Assembly (NCBI GenBank): GCA_024638845.1
Contig: JAHEJN010000002.1
Coordinates: forward strand, 838 to 64,837
Source: Acidimicrobiales bacterium
GTDB lineage: Bacteria; Actinomycetota; Acidimicrobiia; Acidimicrobiales; JAHEJN01
Reading direction: 5' to 3'
Length of the DNA stretch: 64,000 nt
The notes beneath the pieces were generated by a model. The model saw nothing but the letters and a program-made list of their open reading frames with translations, was not told where the DNA came from and did no database searches. This document shows, one piece after another, positions 17,605-26,274 of this stretch (the first letter of the stretch is position 1; each line of letters opens with the position of its first letter). The position numbers and the translations under genes were made by a program.

Positions 17605-18669
17605 GTGAATGCACCCGAATCACGGCTGACGCAGTACAGCCACGGAGCCGGTTGAGCCTGCAAGCTCGGTCCCGGTGACCTGGCGCAGGTTCTGCGCCAC
17701 GACGACAACACGACCCGACCCGCCGACCTCGTCGTCGGGTTCGAGACCGGCGACGACGCTGCCGTGTGGCGCCGTCCCGACGGACGCGCCCTGGTGTCGA
17801 CCGCCGACTTCTTCACCCCCATCGTCGACGACGCCCGCACCTGGGGTCGTATCGCCGCCGCCAACGCGGCGAGCGATGTGTACGCCATGGGAGCCACGCC
17901 GCTGTTCGCGTTGAACCTCGTGGCCTGGCCCCGCGATCTCCTCCCGCTCGAGCTGCTCGCCGAGGTGCTCGACGGCGGCGCCTCGATGGCCGCCGAGGGC
18001 GGCTGGACCATCGCGGGCGGTCACACCGTCGACGGTCCCGAGCCGATGTACGGGCAGGCCGTGACGGGCGAGGTCGACCTCGATCACCTGATGACCAACG
18101 CCGGTGTGCGAACCGGTCAGGTGCTCGTGCTCACCAAGCCTCTGGGAACGGGCCTGGTCGCCACGGCGATCAAGCGGCTCGATCCCGCCGAGACCGCGCC
18201 GGGCGGCCGCTTGGCTGATCTCACGGCCGAGGCAGTGGCGGAGATGACCCGCCTCAACGACGTGGCCGCGCGGGTCGCCGGGTCGGTCGGCGCAACCGGA
18301 GCCACCGACGTCACCGGATTCGGTCTGCTGGGGCACCTCCAGAAGATGGCCCTCGCCAGTGATGTCGGCGCCGTGGTGCGTGCCCGGGACGTGCCGCTCC
18401 TGCATGGCGTCGGCGAGCTGCTCGCCGAGGGATTCGTGCCCGGGGGCACGACCCGCAACGTCGATCATTTCCGCCCGCACGTCACCGGTGATCGTTCCGA
18501 GCGGACCCTCACCCTGTTGGCCGACGCCCAGACGTCGGGAGGACTGCTCTTCGGCTGCTCGGCCGATCGCGTCGACGATGCGGTGGCCGAGCTCATCGAC
18601 GCCGGCCACCGAGCGGCTGCCATCGGCGAGCTCGTCGACGAGCCCCCGGGAAGCATTCGCGTCGAGTGA
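17605..18669 (+). CDS. selD: Selenide, water dikinase (selenophosphate synthetase) with UGA-encoded selenocysteine at 17653-17655
   Basis: Track ORFs 17416..17655 and 17764..18669 are in the same frame. Reading through the TGA gives RLTQYSHGAG-U-ACKLGPGDL, matching the SelD catalytic loop (E. coli RLTQYSHGAGCGCK). Downstream motifs: STADFFTPIVDD, GRIAAANAASDVYAMGA, TDVTGFGLLGH. The start at GTG 17605 is tentative. Confidence 0.9.
17656..17700 (+). promoter_or_regulatory. Candidate bacterial SECIS element
   Basis: Two alternative folds lie directly 3' of the UGA. One pairs 17656-17661 with 17685-17690, enclosing GGUC-CCGGU-GACC (17668-17680). The other is an 8-bp stem, 17681-17688 with 17692-17699, with a GUU/GGUUC loop. 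Confidence 0.5.
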
Positions 18670-19766
18670 ACCGTCTCGTCGCTATTGCCCTGCCCGCAGG
18701 CACTGCGTTCGTCGAGGCCTTGCAGCGGGCCTGGGACGACGACGATGCTGTTGCGCCCATCGACCTGCGTCTTCCCCCGTCGGCCCGGACCCGACTCCTC
18801 GAGGTGCTGCGCCCGTCGGTGGTGGTCGAACCCGGGGCCATCCACGAACGCCCCGACGGCCGGCCCGTCGAGCCCGGCGATGCGCTCGTGATGACCACGA
18901 GCGGCACCACCGGTGACCCGAAGGGCGTCGTGCTCACCCACGATGCGATCGTGGCCTCGGCGCTCGCGACGTCGGCGCGGCTCGGCGTCGACCCTCTGGC
19001 TGATTCGTGGCTCGCGTGCATGCCCCTTGCCCACATCGGAGGTCTCTCGGTGGTTTGTCGAGCGCTCGTCACCGGCACGCCCTTCACCGTGCAGCCGTCG
19101 TTCGATCCGGCCGCGGCCGAGCTCGCCGCCCGCGAAGGAGCCACCCTCGTGTCGATGGTGCCCACCATGTTGGCGCGCACCGACGTGTCGTCGTTTCGGC
19201 AGGTGGTGCTGGGCGGTGCTTCACTGCCGCCGGTGCGTCCCCCGAACACGGTGGCCTCCTACGGCATGACCGAGACCGGGAGCGGAATGGTCTACGAGGA
19301 CGAGCCGCTCGACGGCGTCGAGCTCCGGGTGGTCGACGGCGAGATCCAGGTCCGAGGTCCGATCCTGTTGCGGTGCTATCGCGACGGCACCGACCCGAAG
19401 GATGCCGAGGGCTGGTTCGCCACCGGCGACGGCGGCTCGCTCGAATCGGGCCACCTGGAGGTGCACGGTCGCATCGGCGACATGATCATCAGCGGCGGCG
19501 AGAACGTGTGGCCGGCACCGGTGGAGGCGCTTCTGTCAGTGCATCCCGGCATTGCCGAGGTTGCCATCGTGGGCCGACCCGACCCCGAATGGGGACAACG
19601 AGTCACCGCGGTCGTCGTCCCGCGTGGTCGACCCGATCTGAAGCTCCGGGAGCTGCGAGACCTGGTGCGGGCCGAGCTTCCGGCGTACTGCGCACCTCAC
19701 CGCATCGAGTACGTCACCGAGCTCACCCGTACCCCGATCGGCAAGATCCGTCGAGAGGCGCTGTGA
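18666..19766 (+). CDS. menE: o-Succinylbenzoate-CoA ligase (AMP-binding family)
   Basis: TSGTTGDPKGVVLTH AMP-binding motif, a short ~366-aa MenE-type length, and men gene context. Its GTG start overlaps the selD stop (GTGA). Confidence 0.8.
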   Translation: MNRLVAIALPAGTAFVEALQRAWDDDDAVAPIDLRLPPSARTRLLEVLRPSVVVEPGAIHERPDGRPVEPGDALVMTTSGTTGDPKGVVLTHDAIVASALATSARLGVDPLADSWLACMPLAHIGGLSVVCRALVTGTPFTVQPSFDPAAAELAAREGATLVSMVPTMLARTDVSSFRQVVLGGASLPPVRPPNTVASYGMTETGSGMVYEDEPLDGVELRVVDGEIQVRGPILLRCYRDGTDPKDAEGWFATGDGGSLESGHLEVHGRIGDMIISGGENVWPAPVEALLSVHPGIAEVAIVGRPDPEWGQRVTAVVVPRGRPDLKLRELRDLVRAELPAYCAPHRIEYVTELTRTPIGKIRREAL

Positions 19767-20821
19767 GTCATCGGCCGAGCCGCGACGTCCGCCTCATCTC
19801 GCTGGCGCAGCCCGATGCCCTCGGCGCGGCCCACGACACCACCATCGGCACGCAACGAGAGCTGGTGATCGTCGAGCTGATCGATCCCGAGACCGGGACA
19901 TCGGGGTGGGGTGAGTGCTCGGCCCTCAACGAGCCCGGCTACACCTCCGAGTGGGCCCGTGGCGCCTACGACGTGTTGACCGCAGGAGCACCCGTCGACC
20001 CGGCCGATCATCCCCAGGCGGCGGCCGCACTCGAGATGGCCCGGATCGACCTCGACCTTCGTCGGCGCTCGCAATCGCTGCTCGAGCTGTTGGCCATCGA
20101 TGCGGCACCCGTCGTGGCCGGTGCGACGATCGGTCTCGGCCGACCCGACGCGGTCACCGCCCGGGCCCTCGATCTCGTCACCGCGGGCTACCGGCGACTG
20201 AAGCTCAAGATCGCACCCGACCACGATCTCGCGATCGTTGCCGACGTCGCACGAGCCCATCCCGGCGTCGAGATCCACGTCGACGCCAACGGCTCCTTTC
20301 CACCCGCGGCCGTCGATCACCTCGCGGCGATCGACGGCGACGTGGCCGTGTTCGAACAGCCCTTCGCGATCGACGACCTCGACTCGAGCCGCACGCTCCG
20401 TGAACGAACCGAAGCCAAGGTGATGGCCGACGAGGGCGCCCGACCTGGCCATCGTCTCGACCGCCTCCTGGCGGCACGGGCCGTCGACGGCATCGCCGTG
20501 AAGCCGGGGTGCGTGGGCGGCATTCGCGCCGCGGCGTCCACCATCGAACGGTGTGGCGAAGCAGGTCTCGACGTCTCCATCGGCGGCATGCTCGAGAGCG
20601 GGCTCGGTCGCCACGTGCTGGCGGCGTTGGCGGCCCACAAGGCCGTCACGGTCGTCGGTGACGTCTCGCCGGCCGCACTGTGGCTGCGCGACGACCCGTG
20701 GCCCGATCTGGGGCTCGTCGACGGTCGGGTCTCGCCTCATGCGGGCACGGGTGTGGCGCCGGCACCCGATCTCGCCGTACTCGAACGATGCACCGTCACG
20801 AGACGGCGGTTGTCCGCCTGA
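19763..20821 (+). CDS. menC: o-Succinylbenzoate synthase (enolase superfamily)
   Basis: This is the in-frame tail of ORF 19007..20821. GTG at 19763 overlaps the menE stop. Motifs: RLKLKI, HVDANGSF, FEQP, MADEG, plus men context. Confidence 0.8.
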   Translation: MSHRPSRDVRLISLAQPDALGAAHDTTIGTQRELVIVELIDPETGTSGWGECSALNEPGYTSEWARGAYDVLTAGAPVDPADHPQAAAALEMARIDLDLRRRSQSLLELLAIDAAPVVAGATIGLGRPDAVTARALDLVTAGYRRLKLKIAPDHDLAIVADVARAHPGVEIHVDANGSFPPAAVDHLAAIDGDVAVFEQPFAIDDLDSSRTLRERTEAKVMADEGARPGHRLDRLLAARAVDGIAVKPGCVGGIRAAASTIERCGEAGLDVSIGGMLESGLGRHVLAALAAHKAVTVVGDVSPAALWLRDDPWPDLGLVDGRVSPHAGTGVAPAPDLAVLERCTVTRRRLSA

Positions 20822-21551
20822 ACTCGGAGACGAGGTCGGCCACCGCATCGGGTGCCTCGAGGTGGGCGGCATGGCCGGCGCCGGCCACCACCGCGACGCT
20901 TGCGTGCGGCATCGAACGGGCCATTTGGACCGCAACCGCGCGGAACTCCTGATCGGACTCGCCGACGACCAGCTTGGTGGGCGTCGTGATGTCGATCAGC
21001 CGACCCCACAGCGGCTCCTGTGCACCCGTGCCGCACCGACGCAGGCTCGAGGCCAGGCCGTCTGGTCGGTTCAGGAGACGAGCAGACCGGTGCTGTTGCT
21101 CGTCGCTCAACCCCGCGAACATCGGCATGGCGAGCCATCGGTCGACGAAGGCCGGTAACCCGTCGGCTTCCAGTCGACGGGCCAGTACGGCGTCGGAGCG
21201 GAACCGTTCGGCCCGCTGCGCCGGATCTTCGATTCCCGGGGTGGCACCGATCAGGACCATCGACTTCACCGTCTCGGGATGGTCGAGCGCGGCGTGGAGC
21301 AGTATCCGGCCCCCCATCGAGTAGCCGAGGTAGTGGGCGGGCCCACCAGTCTCCACGACCAGCCGGGCGGCCTCGACCAGATCGGCATCGTCGCTCGCCG
21401 ACTCGCCATGGCCGGGTGCATCGACGAGCACGAGCTCGTGGTCGTTCGCCAAGCGGTCCGCGATCGGCCCCCAGCACCGACGATTCTGGGTGAAACCATG
21501 CACCAGAACCAGCCGCTCACCGCGGCCCCGACACTCGTGGGCCAGGCTCAC
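20796..21551 (-). CDS. menH: Alpha/beta hydrolase, probable SHCHC synthase
   Basis: LVLVHGF, GHGES, and the nucleophile elbow YLGYSMGG. It sits in men context and overlaps menC convergently by 26 nt. Confidence 0.7.
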   Translation of the reverse strand: MSLAHECRGRGERLVLVHGFTQNRRCWGPIADRLANDHELVLVDAPGHGESASDDADLVEAARLVVETGGPAHYLGYSMGGRILLHAALDHPETVKSMVLIGATPGIEDPAQRAERFRSDAVLARRLEADGLPAFVDRWLAMPMFAGLSDEQQHRSARLLNRPDGLASSLRRCGTGAQEPLWGRLIDITTPTKLVVGESDQEFRAVAVQMARSMPHASVAVVAGAGHAAHLEAPDAVADLVSEFRRTTAVS

Positions 21552-21982
21552 GAGTCGCCGGTACCCGCCGCCACGGCCTTCTCGAGCAGGTGGGCCATGA
21601 CGGCCAGTTCCCGGGTGGTCAGAGGCGAGATGATGGGATGGGACCGCATGAGACGCTCGTGGATCTCGGCCGCGACGCGCTCGCCCTTGTCGGTGCGCAC
21701 GAGCTGCTTGACGCGGCGATCGTCGGGGTCGGCTCGCCGCTCGATGAGGGCGCGTTCCTCGAGCTGGTCGGCCAGACCGGTGATGTACGAAGCGTCGTAG
21801 CCGAGTCGCTCGGCCAGAGCGCCCATCGGAAGCGGCGAGTCGAGCTCGCGAAGCGCATGGGCCATCGGTAGGCTCATGTCGAACGGGTCGAGCTCGGCGC
21901 GAAACGTGGTTGTCATGCGGGCCCCGAGCACGCGCAGCGCCGTCGAGATCCGATCGAGGTGCTCTGCCCGGCTGGCGTCCAT
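21548..21982 (-). CDS. MarR family transcriptional regulator
   Basis: Winged-helix region LGALAERLGYDASYITGLADQLEERALIERRADPDDRRVK. The track start (TTG at 22027) is replaced by ATG at 21982. Its stop overlaps the menH start (ATGA). Confidence 0.8.
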   Translation of the reverse strand: MDASRAEHLDRISTALRVLGARMTTTFRAELDPFDMSLPMAHALRELDSPLPMGALAERLGYDASYITGLADQLEERALIERRADPDDRRVKQLVRTDKGERVAAEIHERLMRSHPIISPLTTRELAVMAHLLEKAVAAGTGDS

Positions 21983-22022
21983 GTCCTCCAGCCTAGTTGT
22001 CACCGGGCAGGTTCTTGCTAAA

Positions 22023-22035
22023 GTCAATACTTGAC
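22023..22035. promoter_or_regulatory. Candidate MarR operator palindrome
   Basis: GTCAA-TAC-TTGAC is a perfect inverted repeat in the AT-richer gap between divergent marR (21982) and the ABC ATPase gene (22063). Confidence 0.35.
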
Positions 22036-22062
22036 CCTTTAAACCTTTCTGAGGATCCGCTG

Positions 22063-23010
22063 ATGACTGCCCCTGCAGTACGTGCCGAGAACGTCGTCAA
22101 GCACTTCGGCGACGTGAAGGCCCTCGATGGCGTGTCGCTCACCTTCGAACCCGGAATGATCTACGGCCTGCTCGGGCCCAATGGCGCCGGCAAGACGACA
22201 CTGATCCGCGTGCTCACCACACTGCTGCGACCCGACTCGGGATCGGCCGAGGTGGCCGGAGTCGACGTGCTGGCGAATCCCACCGGCGCCCGGCGCCGGC
22301 TCGGTCTCGCCGGCCAGTCTGCAGCAGTCGACGAGTTCCTCACCGGCTACGAGAACCTCGAGATGGTCGGACGTCTCTACGGCCTCGGCCGCGCCGAGGC
22401 GAAGCGACGGGCCAACGACGTGCTCGAACGCTTGACGCTGAGCGACGCATCGGCTCGCCAGGTCAAGACGTACTCGGGAGGCATGCGCCGCCGTCTCGAC
22501 CTCGGCGCATCGATGGTCGGGCGACCCGACGTGCTGTTCCTCGACGAACCCACCACCGGGATCGATCCGGCCAGCCGCATAGACATCTGGGGCCTCATCA
22601 CCGATCTCGTGGCCAGCGGAACCACGATTCTCATGACCACGCAGTACCTGGAGGAGGTCGATCAGCTGGCCACCCGAATCGGCGTCATCGACCATGGCGT
22701 CATGATCGCCGAGGGCACCTCCGATGACCTCAAGAATCAGATCGGCGGTGCGATCATCGAGCTCATGGTGCGAGCGGGCAATCGCGAGCGGGTGATGGAG
22801 ACATTGCGATCCTCCACGAGCCAGGAACCGACCTACGACCCGGTTCGCGACCTGATCACCTTGCCGGCGCCCGGCGGAACCGCCGACCTGTTCTGTGTGG
22901 TGCGCGCCCTCGACGCCATCGACATCACCCCACTGGCGATCGATGTCCACAAGCCGACCCTCGACGACGCCTTCTTGGCCCTCACCGCCGACCAGGAGGT
23001 TCCGGCGTGA
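22063..23010 (+). CDS. ABC transporter ATP-binding protein (DrrA/ABC-2 type)
   Basis: Walker A GPNGAGKTT, signature YSGGMRRRL, Walker B LFLDEPTTGID. The Met at 22063 lies within ORF 21997..23010. Confidence 0.9.
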   Translation: MTAPAVRAENVVKHFGDVKALDGVSLTFEPGMIYGLLGPNGAGKTTLIRVLTTLLRPDSGSAEVAGVDVLANPTGARRRLGLAGQSAAVDEFLTGYENLEMVGRLYGLGRAEAKRRANDVLERLTLSDASARQVKTYSGGMRRRLDLGASMVGRPDVLFLDEPTTGIDPASRIDIWGLITDLVASGTTILMTTQYLEEVDQLATRIGVIDHGVMIAEGTSDDLKNQIGGAIIELMVRAGNRERVMETLRSSTSQEPTYDPVRDLITLPAPGGTADLFCVVRALDAIDITPLAIDVHKPTLDDAFLALTADQEVPA

Positions 23011-23864
23011 CCACCGCAACCCTTCCCGAGGCTGCCATTTCGGGCGACGCCCACCGGATCTCGCTGATCGCCGGACTGCGCGACACCAGCGTGATCGTGC
23101 GCCGCAACATGGTGCGCAACGTGCGACTGCCGCAACTCCTCATCTTCGCCACGATCCAGCCGGTGCTGTTCCTGCTGCTGTTCAACTACGTCTTCGGTGG
23201 ATCGATCGGCCTTTCGCTCGGGGGCGCGTACGGTGGCAAGTACATCAACTATCTCCTCCCTGGCATGCTCGTGCAGACGGCGATGTTCTCCTCGATGCAG
23301 ACCGCCATCGGCCTGACCGAGGATCTCGGCAACGGGGTGATCGACCGCTTTCGTTCGCTCCCGATCGCCCGCTCGGCGGTACTGGCGGGGCGCACGTCGG
23401 CCGACATGGTGCGCACGCTGTTCGTCGTGTCCTTGCTCACGATCGTCGGGTACATCGTGGGATTCCGCACCGCCGACGGCCTCCCGAAACTGGCGATCGG
23501 CCTGATCTTCTGTGTGCTCTTCGGCTTTGCGCTGTCGTGGGTCATGGCCTTCGTGGGTCTGGCCGTGAAGACACCGGAGGCGGCGAACTCGGCGGCGTTC
23601 CTGCCCCTGTTCCCGCTCATGTTCGCCAGCTCGATCTTCGTTCCCGTCGACACCCTGCCCAGCTGGATGCAGGGATTCGCCGAGAATCAGCCGGTCACCG
23701 TGCTGGCCGACACGATGCGCGGCTACGTGCTCGGCCAGGAGTTCCTCTCGACCTCCCCGCGGTCGTTGACCACCTTGTCGCTGTTCTCGATGTTCTGGAT
23801 CGTCGTGATCCTCGTGATCGCCGTGCCCCTGGCCGTGCGCAAGTACCGCCGCACGGTCGCGTAG
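23007..23864 (+). CDS. ABC-2 type transporter permease
   Basis: Six predicted hydrophobic segments. Its start overlaps the ATPase stop. Confidence 0.8.
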   Translation: MTTATLPEAAISGDAHRISLIAGLRDTSVIVRRNMVRNVRLPQLLIFATIQPVLFLLLFNYVFGGSIGLSLGGAYGGKYINYLLPGMLVQTAMFSSMQTAIGLTEDLGNGVIDRFRSLPIARSAVLAGRTSADMVRTLFVVSLLTIVGYIVGFRTADGLPKLAIGLIFCVLFGFALSWVMAFVGLAVKTPEAANSAAFLPLFPLMFASSIFVPVDTLPSWMQGFAENQPVTVLADTMRGYVLGQEFLSTSPRSLTTLSLFSMFWIVVILVIAVPLAVRKYRRTVA

Positions 23865-23865
23865 A

Positions 23866-24540
23866 TCAGTCCGAGGCGACAGCGGCCTTCAGGAATCCCA
23901 TCACCGGCGCGGCCACCGCCCACTGGTCGAGGATGAACTGATCGAGCTCGGGATCGAGCAGCAGTTCCGGGTCCTCGAAGTCGGCCCAGAACACCCACTG
24001 CTTGTTGAGCACCAGCGGCTCGATCTCGGCCAGCTCCTTCAACTCGGTCGGCACCCGCTTGTGGGCATCACCGGTGAGCTCACCGTACGTGGCAACGAAA
24101 TCCTTTGCGGTGGTGAGCTTCCGAAGCTCGGGCGAATGCTCGCCGACGTAGCGGCGAACGCTATCTCGCAGCTCGGTGTCGGGCATGTACAAGCCGCCGG
24201 CAACGGCCACGCCGTTGATGCCGACCCGACAGGTGTAGCCGGGGTAGCTGCCGTCGTGCTTCTCGCGGCGACCGACGGTGATGCCGAGCTGGGTCTTGTA
24301 CGGCGACTTGTCGTTGCTGAAGCGCACGTCGCGGTTGATCCGATAGATCGCTTTCGTCGGGTCCGTCCGGTACTCGGGGTGGTCGGCCTGCAAGCCCGCG
24401 ACCAGCGCAACCGCCAGTGCGCGGTACGGCTCCTTCAGATTCTCCTCGTAGCTCCTTCGGTTGGCGTCGAAGTACGCCTTGGAGTTGTCGGCGGCCAGCC
24501 CTCGCCAGAAGTCGAGCGTCTCCTGCGTGAAGAATCCCAT
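23866..24540 (-). CDS. DUF2461 (TIGR02453-like) family protein
   Basis: This is the C-terminal 224 aa of the spurious 727-aa ORF. It reads MGFFTQETLDFWRGLAADNSKAYFDANRRSYEENLKEPY...IYRINRDVRFSNDKSPYKT. Confidence 0.75.
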   Translation of the reverse strand: MGFFTQETLDFWRGLAADNSKAYFDANRRSYEENLKEPYRALAVALVAGLQADHPEYRTDPTKAIYRINRDVRFSNDKSPYKTQLGITVGRREKHDGSYPGYTCRVGINGVAVAGGLYMPDTELRDSVRRYVGEHSPELRKLTTAKDFVATYGELTGDAHKRVPTELKELAEIEPLVLNKQWVFWADFEDPELLLDPELDQFILDQWAVAAPVMGFLKAAVASD

Positions 24541-24606
24541 CGGTCGATCCTGTCGCGGCCAGAGCGACGACGCCACAAGGACGACTCGGCATCTACGCTC
24601 GCCGGG

Positions 24607-26274
24607 ATGACCGTCACCGCCGCCGCCACCTTCTGCGCCACCCTCGTCGACGAGTTCGCCCGGCGGGGTGTCACGCAGGCCTTCGTTGCACCGGGATCGC
24701 GTTCCACGCCGTTGTTGCTCGCCCTCGATACCGACGCACGCGTCGCCGTGCACGTCTTCCACGACGAGCGGTCGGCGTCGTTCGCCGCGCTCGGGTACGC
24801 CAACACCACCGGCGTGCCCGGCATCGTCCTGTGCACCTCGGGAACCGCAACCGCCCACCTCTACGCGGCCATCATCGAGGCCGACCAGTCCGGTGTGCCG
24901 ATGATCGTGTGCACCGCCGACCGGCCGCCCGAGCTGTGGGCTCGCGGCGCACCGCAGACCATCGATCAGACCAGGATGTACGGCAAGGCCCCACGCCTGT
25001 TCGTGCAGCCAGGCCCGGCCGACGACGACCACGCCCCGACGTGGAGGCCCCTCGCCGCCGACATCGCCGACCATGCTGCAGGCTTTCGGGGCGCCCGACC
25101 CGGGCCGGTCCACGCCAACCTGTCGTTTCGTGATCCGCTGGTCGGTGAGCCGGGCCCGCTCCCAGACCCGCTCGAACCGAGCCCGCCAACCCCTCGACCG
25201 TCGGTCGCCGACTCCGAGGCAGCCGCGATCGCCGAGCTGTGCCGCCAACGCAGCGGGGTGATCGTAGCCGGCCGCGGCACCACCGGTCGCGACGACCTGC
25301 ACCTTCTGGCCGATCGGCTCGGATGGCCGATCGTCGCCGATCACCAGTCGGGCGCCCGCACCGACGACACGGTCGCCCACGCCGACGCCCTGCTGCGTCA
25401 CGCGCCCTTCGCCGCGAGCCGACGACCCGAGGTGATCCTCCGCTTCGGCGAGGCACTCTCGTCGAAGGCGCTGAGCCAGTGGATGGCTGCGTGTGCCGCC
25501 GACGGCTGCGACGTGGTGTCGTTGCACCAGCCCGGACGCCTGATCGATCCCGAGACCATCGCCGCGCTCGTTGCGCCCGAGGACGGCGCGGCGGCCGCCA
25601 TCCTCGAACACGTCGGACGATGCAGCCCCGTCGACGAGTCCGGAACCTGGCTCGACGCCGACCACCGAGCGCGGTCGATCATCACCGAGGCCATCGCGGC
25701 CGCTCCCGACTCCGAGCTCGCCGTGGCCATCCGTGCCCTTCACGCCGCCGGCCCCGACGGCATCGTCGTCTCCGCATCGTCGATGCCGGTGCGCTACCTC
25801 GAGTGGTTCGACTCCCACCCACCCGACGGCACGCGGGTACTCTCCAATCGCGGGGCCAACGGCATCGACGGTGTGATCGCGACGTCGATCGGCGCAGCCC
25901 TCACCGGTGCGCCGACGGTGTGTCTCGTCGGCGATGTGGCCTTCCTGCACGACGCGAGCTCGCTCACGGCACTGACCCGTCGTCGCATCGATCTCACCGT
26001 CGTGGTGATCCACAACGACGGCGGCGGCATCTTCTCGTTCCTGCCCCAAGCCGACCTGCTAGAACCCGATCGCTTCGACCGGCTGTTCGGCACTCCTCAC
26101 GGCACCGACCTGGTCGCTCTCGCCGCCGCCCACGGCATCGAAGCAACCGATGACACCGCGGACCTCTCACCACAGGGCGTGCGGGTGATCGTGGCCCGGA
26201 CCGCCGACCGACCGGACCATGTCGAGCGGGTTCGAGCGATCAACGACGCCGTGGCCTCTACGCTCGACCCATGA
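24607..26274 (+). CDS. menD: SEPHCHC synthase (ThDP-dependent)
   Basis: The Met at 24607 gives MTVTAAATFCATLVDEFARRGVTQAFVAPGSRSTPL...CTSGTATAHL...CTADRPPEL, with a ThDP motif GDVAFLHD...NDGGGIF. Confidence 0.9.
   Translation: MTVTAAATFCATLVDEFARRGVTQAFVAPGSRSTPLLLALDTDARVAVHVFHDERSASFAALGYANTTGVPGIVLCTSGTATAHLYAAIIEADQSGVPMIVCTADRPPELWARGAPQTIDQTRMYGKAPRLFVQPGPADDDHAPTWRPLAADIADHAAGFRGARPGPVHANLSFRDPLVGEPGPLPDPLEPSPPTPRPSVADSEAAAIAELCRQRSGVIVAGRGTTGRDDLHLLADRLGWPIVADHQSGARTDDTVAHADALLRHAPFAASRRPEVILRFGEALSSKALSQWMAACAADGCDVVSLHQPGRLIDPETIAALVAPEDGAAAAILEHVGRCSPVDESGTWLDADHRARSIITEAIAAAPDSELAVAIRALHAAGPDGIVVSASSMPVRYLEWFDSHPPDGTRVLSNRGANGIDGVIATSIGAALTGAPTVCLVGDVAFLHDASSLTALTRRRIDLTVVVIHNDGGGIFSFLPQADLLEPDRFDRLFGTPHGTDLVALAAAHGIEATDDTADLSPQGVRVIVARTADRPDHVERVRAINDAVASTLDP

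Noticed and set aside
21983-22027. The TTG start at 22027 for the MarR gene, as given in the ORF track.
   Set aside because: It would leave only 35 bp to the divergent ABC gene and bury the palindrome in coding sequence. ATG 21982 gives a normal ~144-aa MarR. The start remains uncertain.
24541-26049. The N-terminal ~500 aa of the 727-aa ORF 23866..26049(-). Similarly, the N-terminal ~600 aa of ORF 49880..51916(-).
   Set aside because: Only the C-terminal parts (DUF2461 from the Met at 24540, DUF3107 from the Met at 50113) look like real proteins. The upstream extensions run antisense through menD and mrp and are compositionally aberrant.
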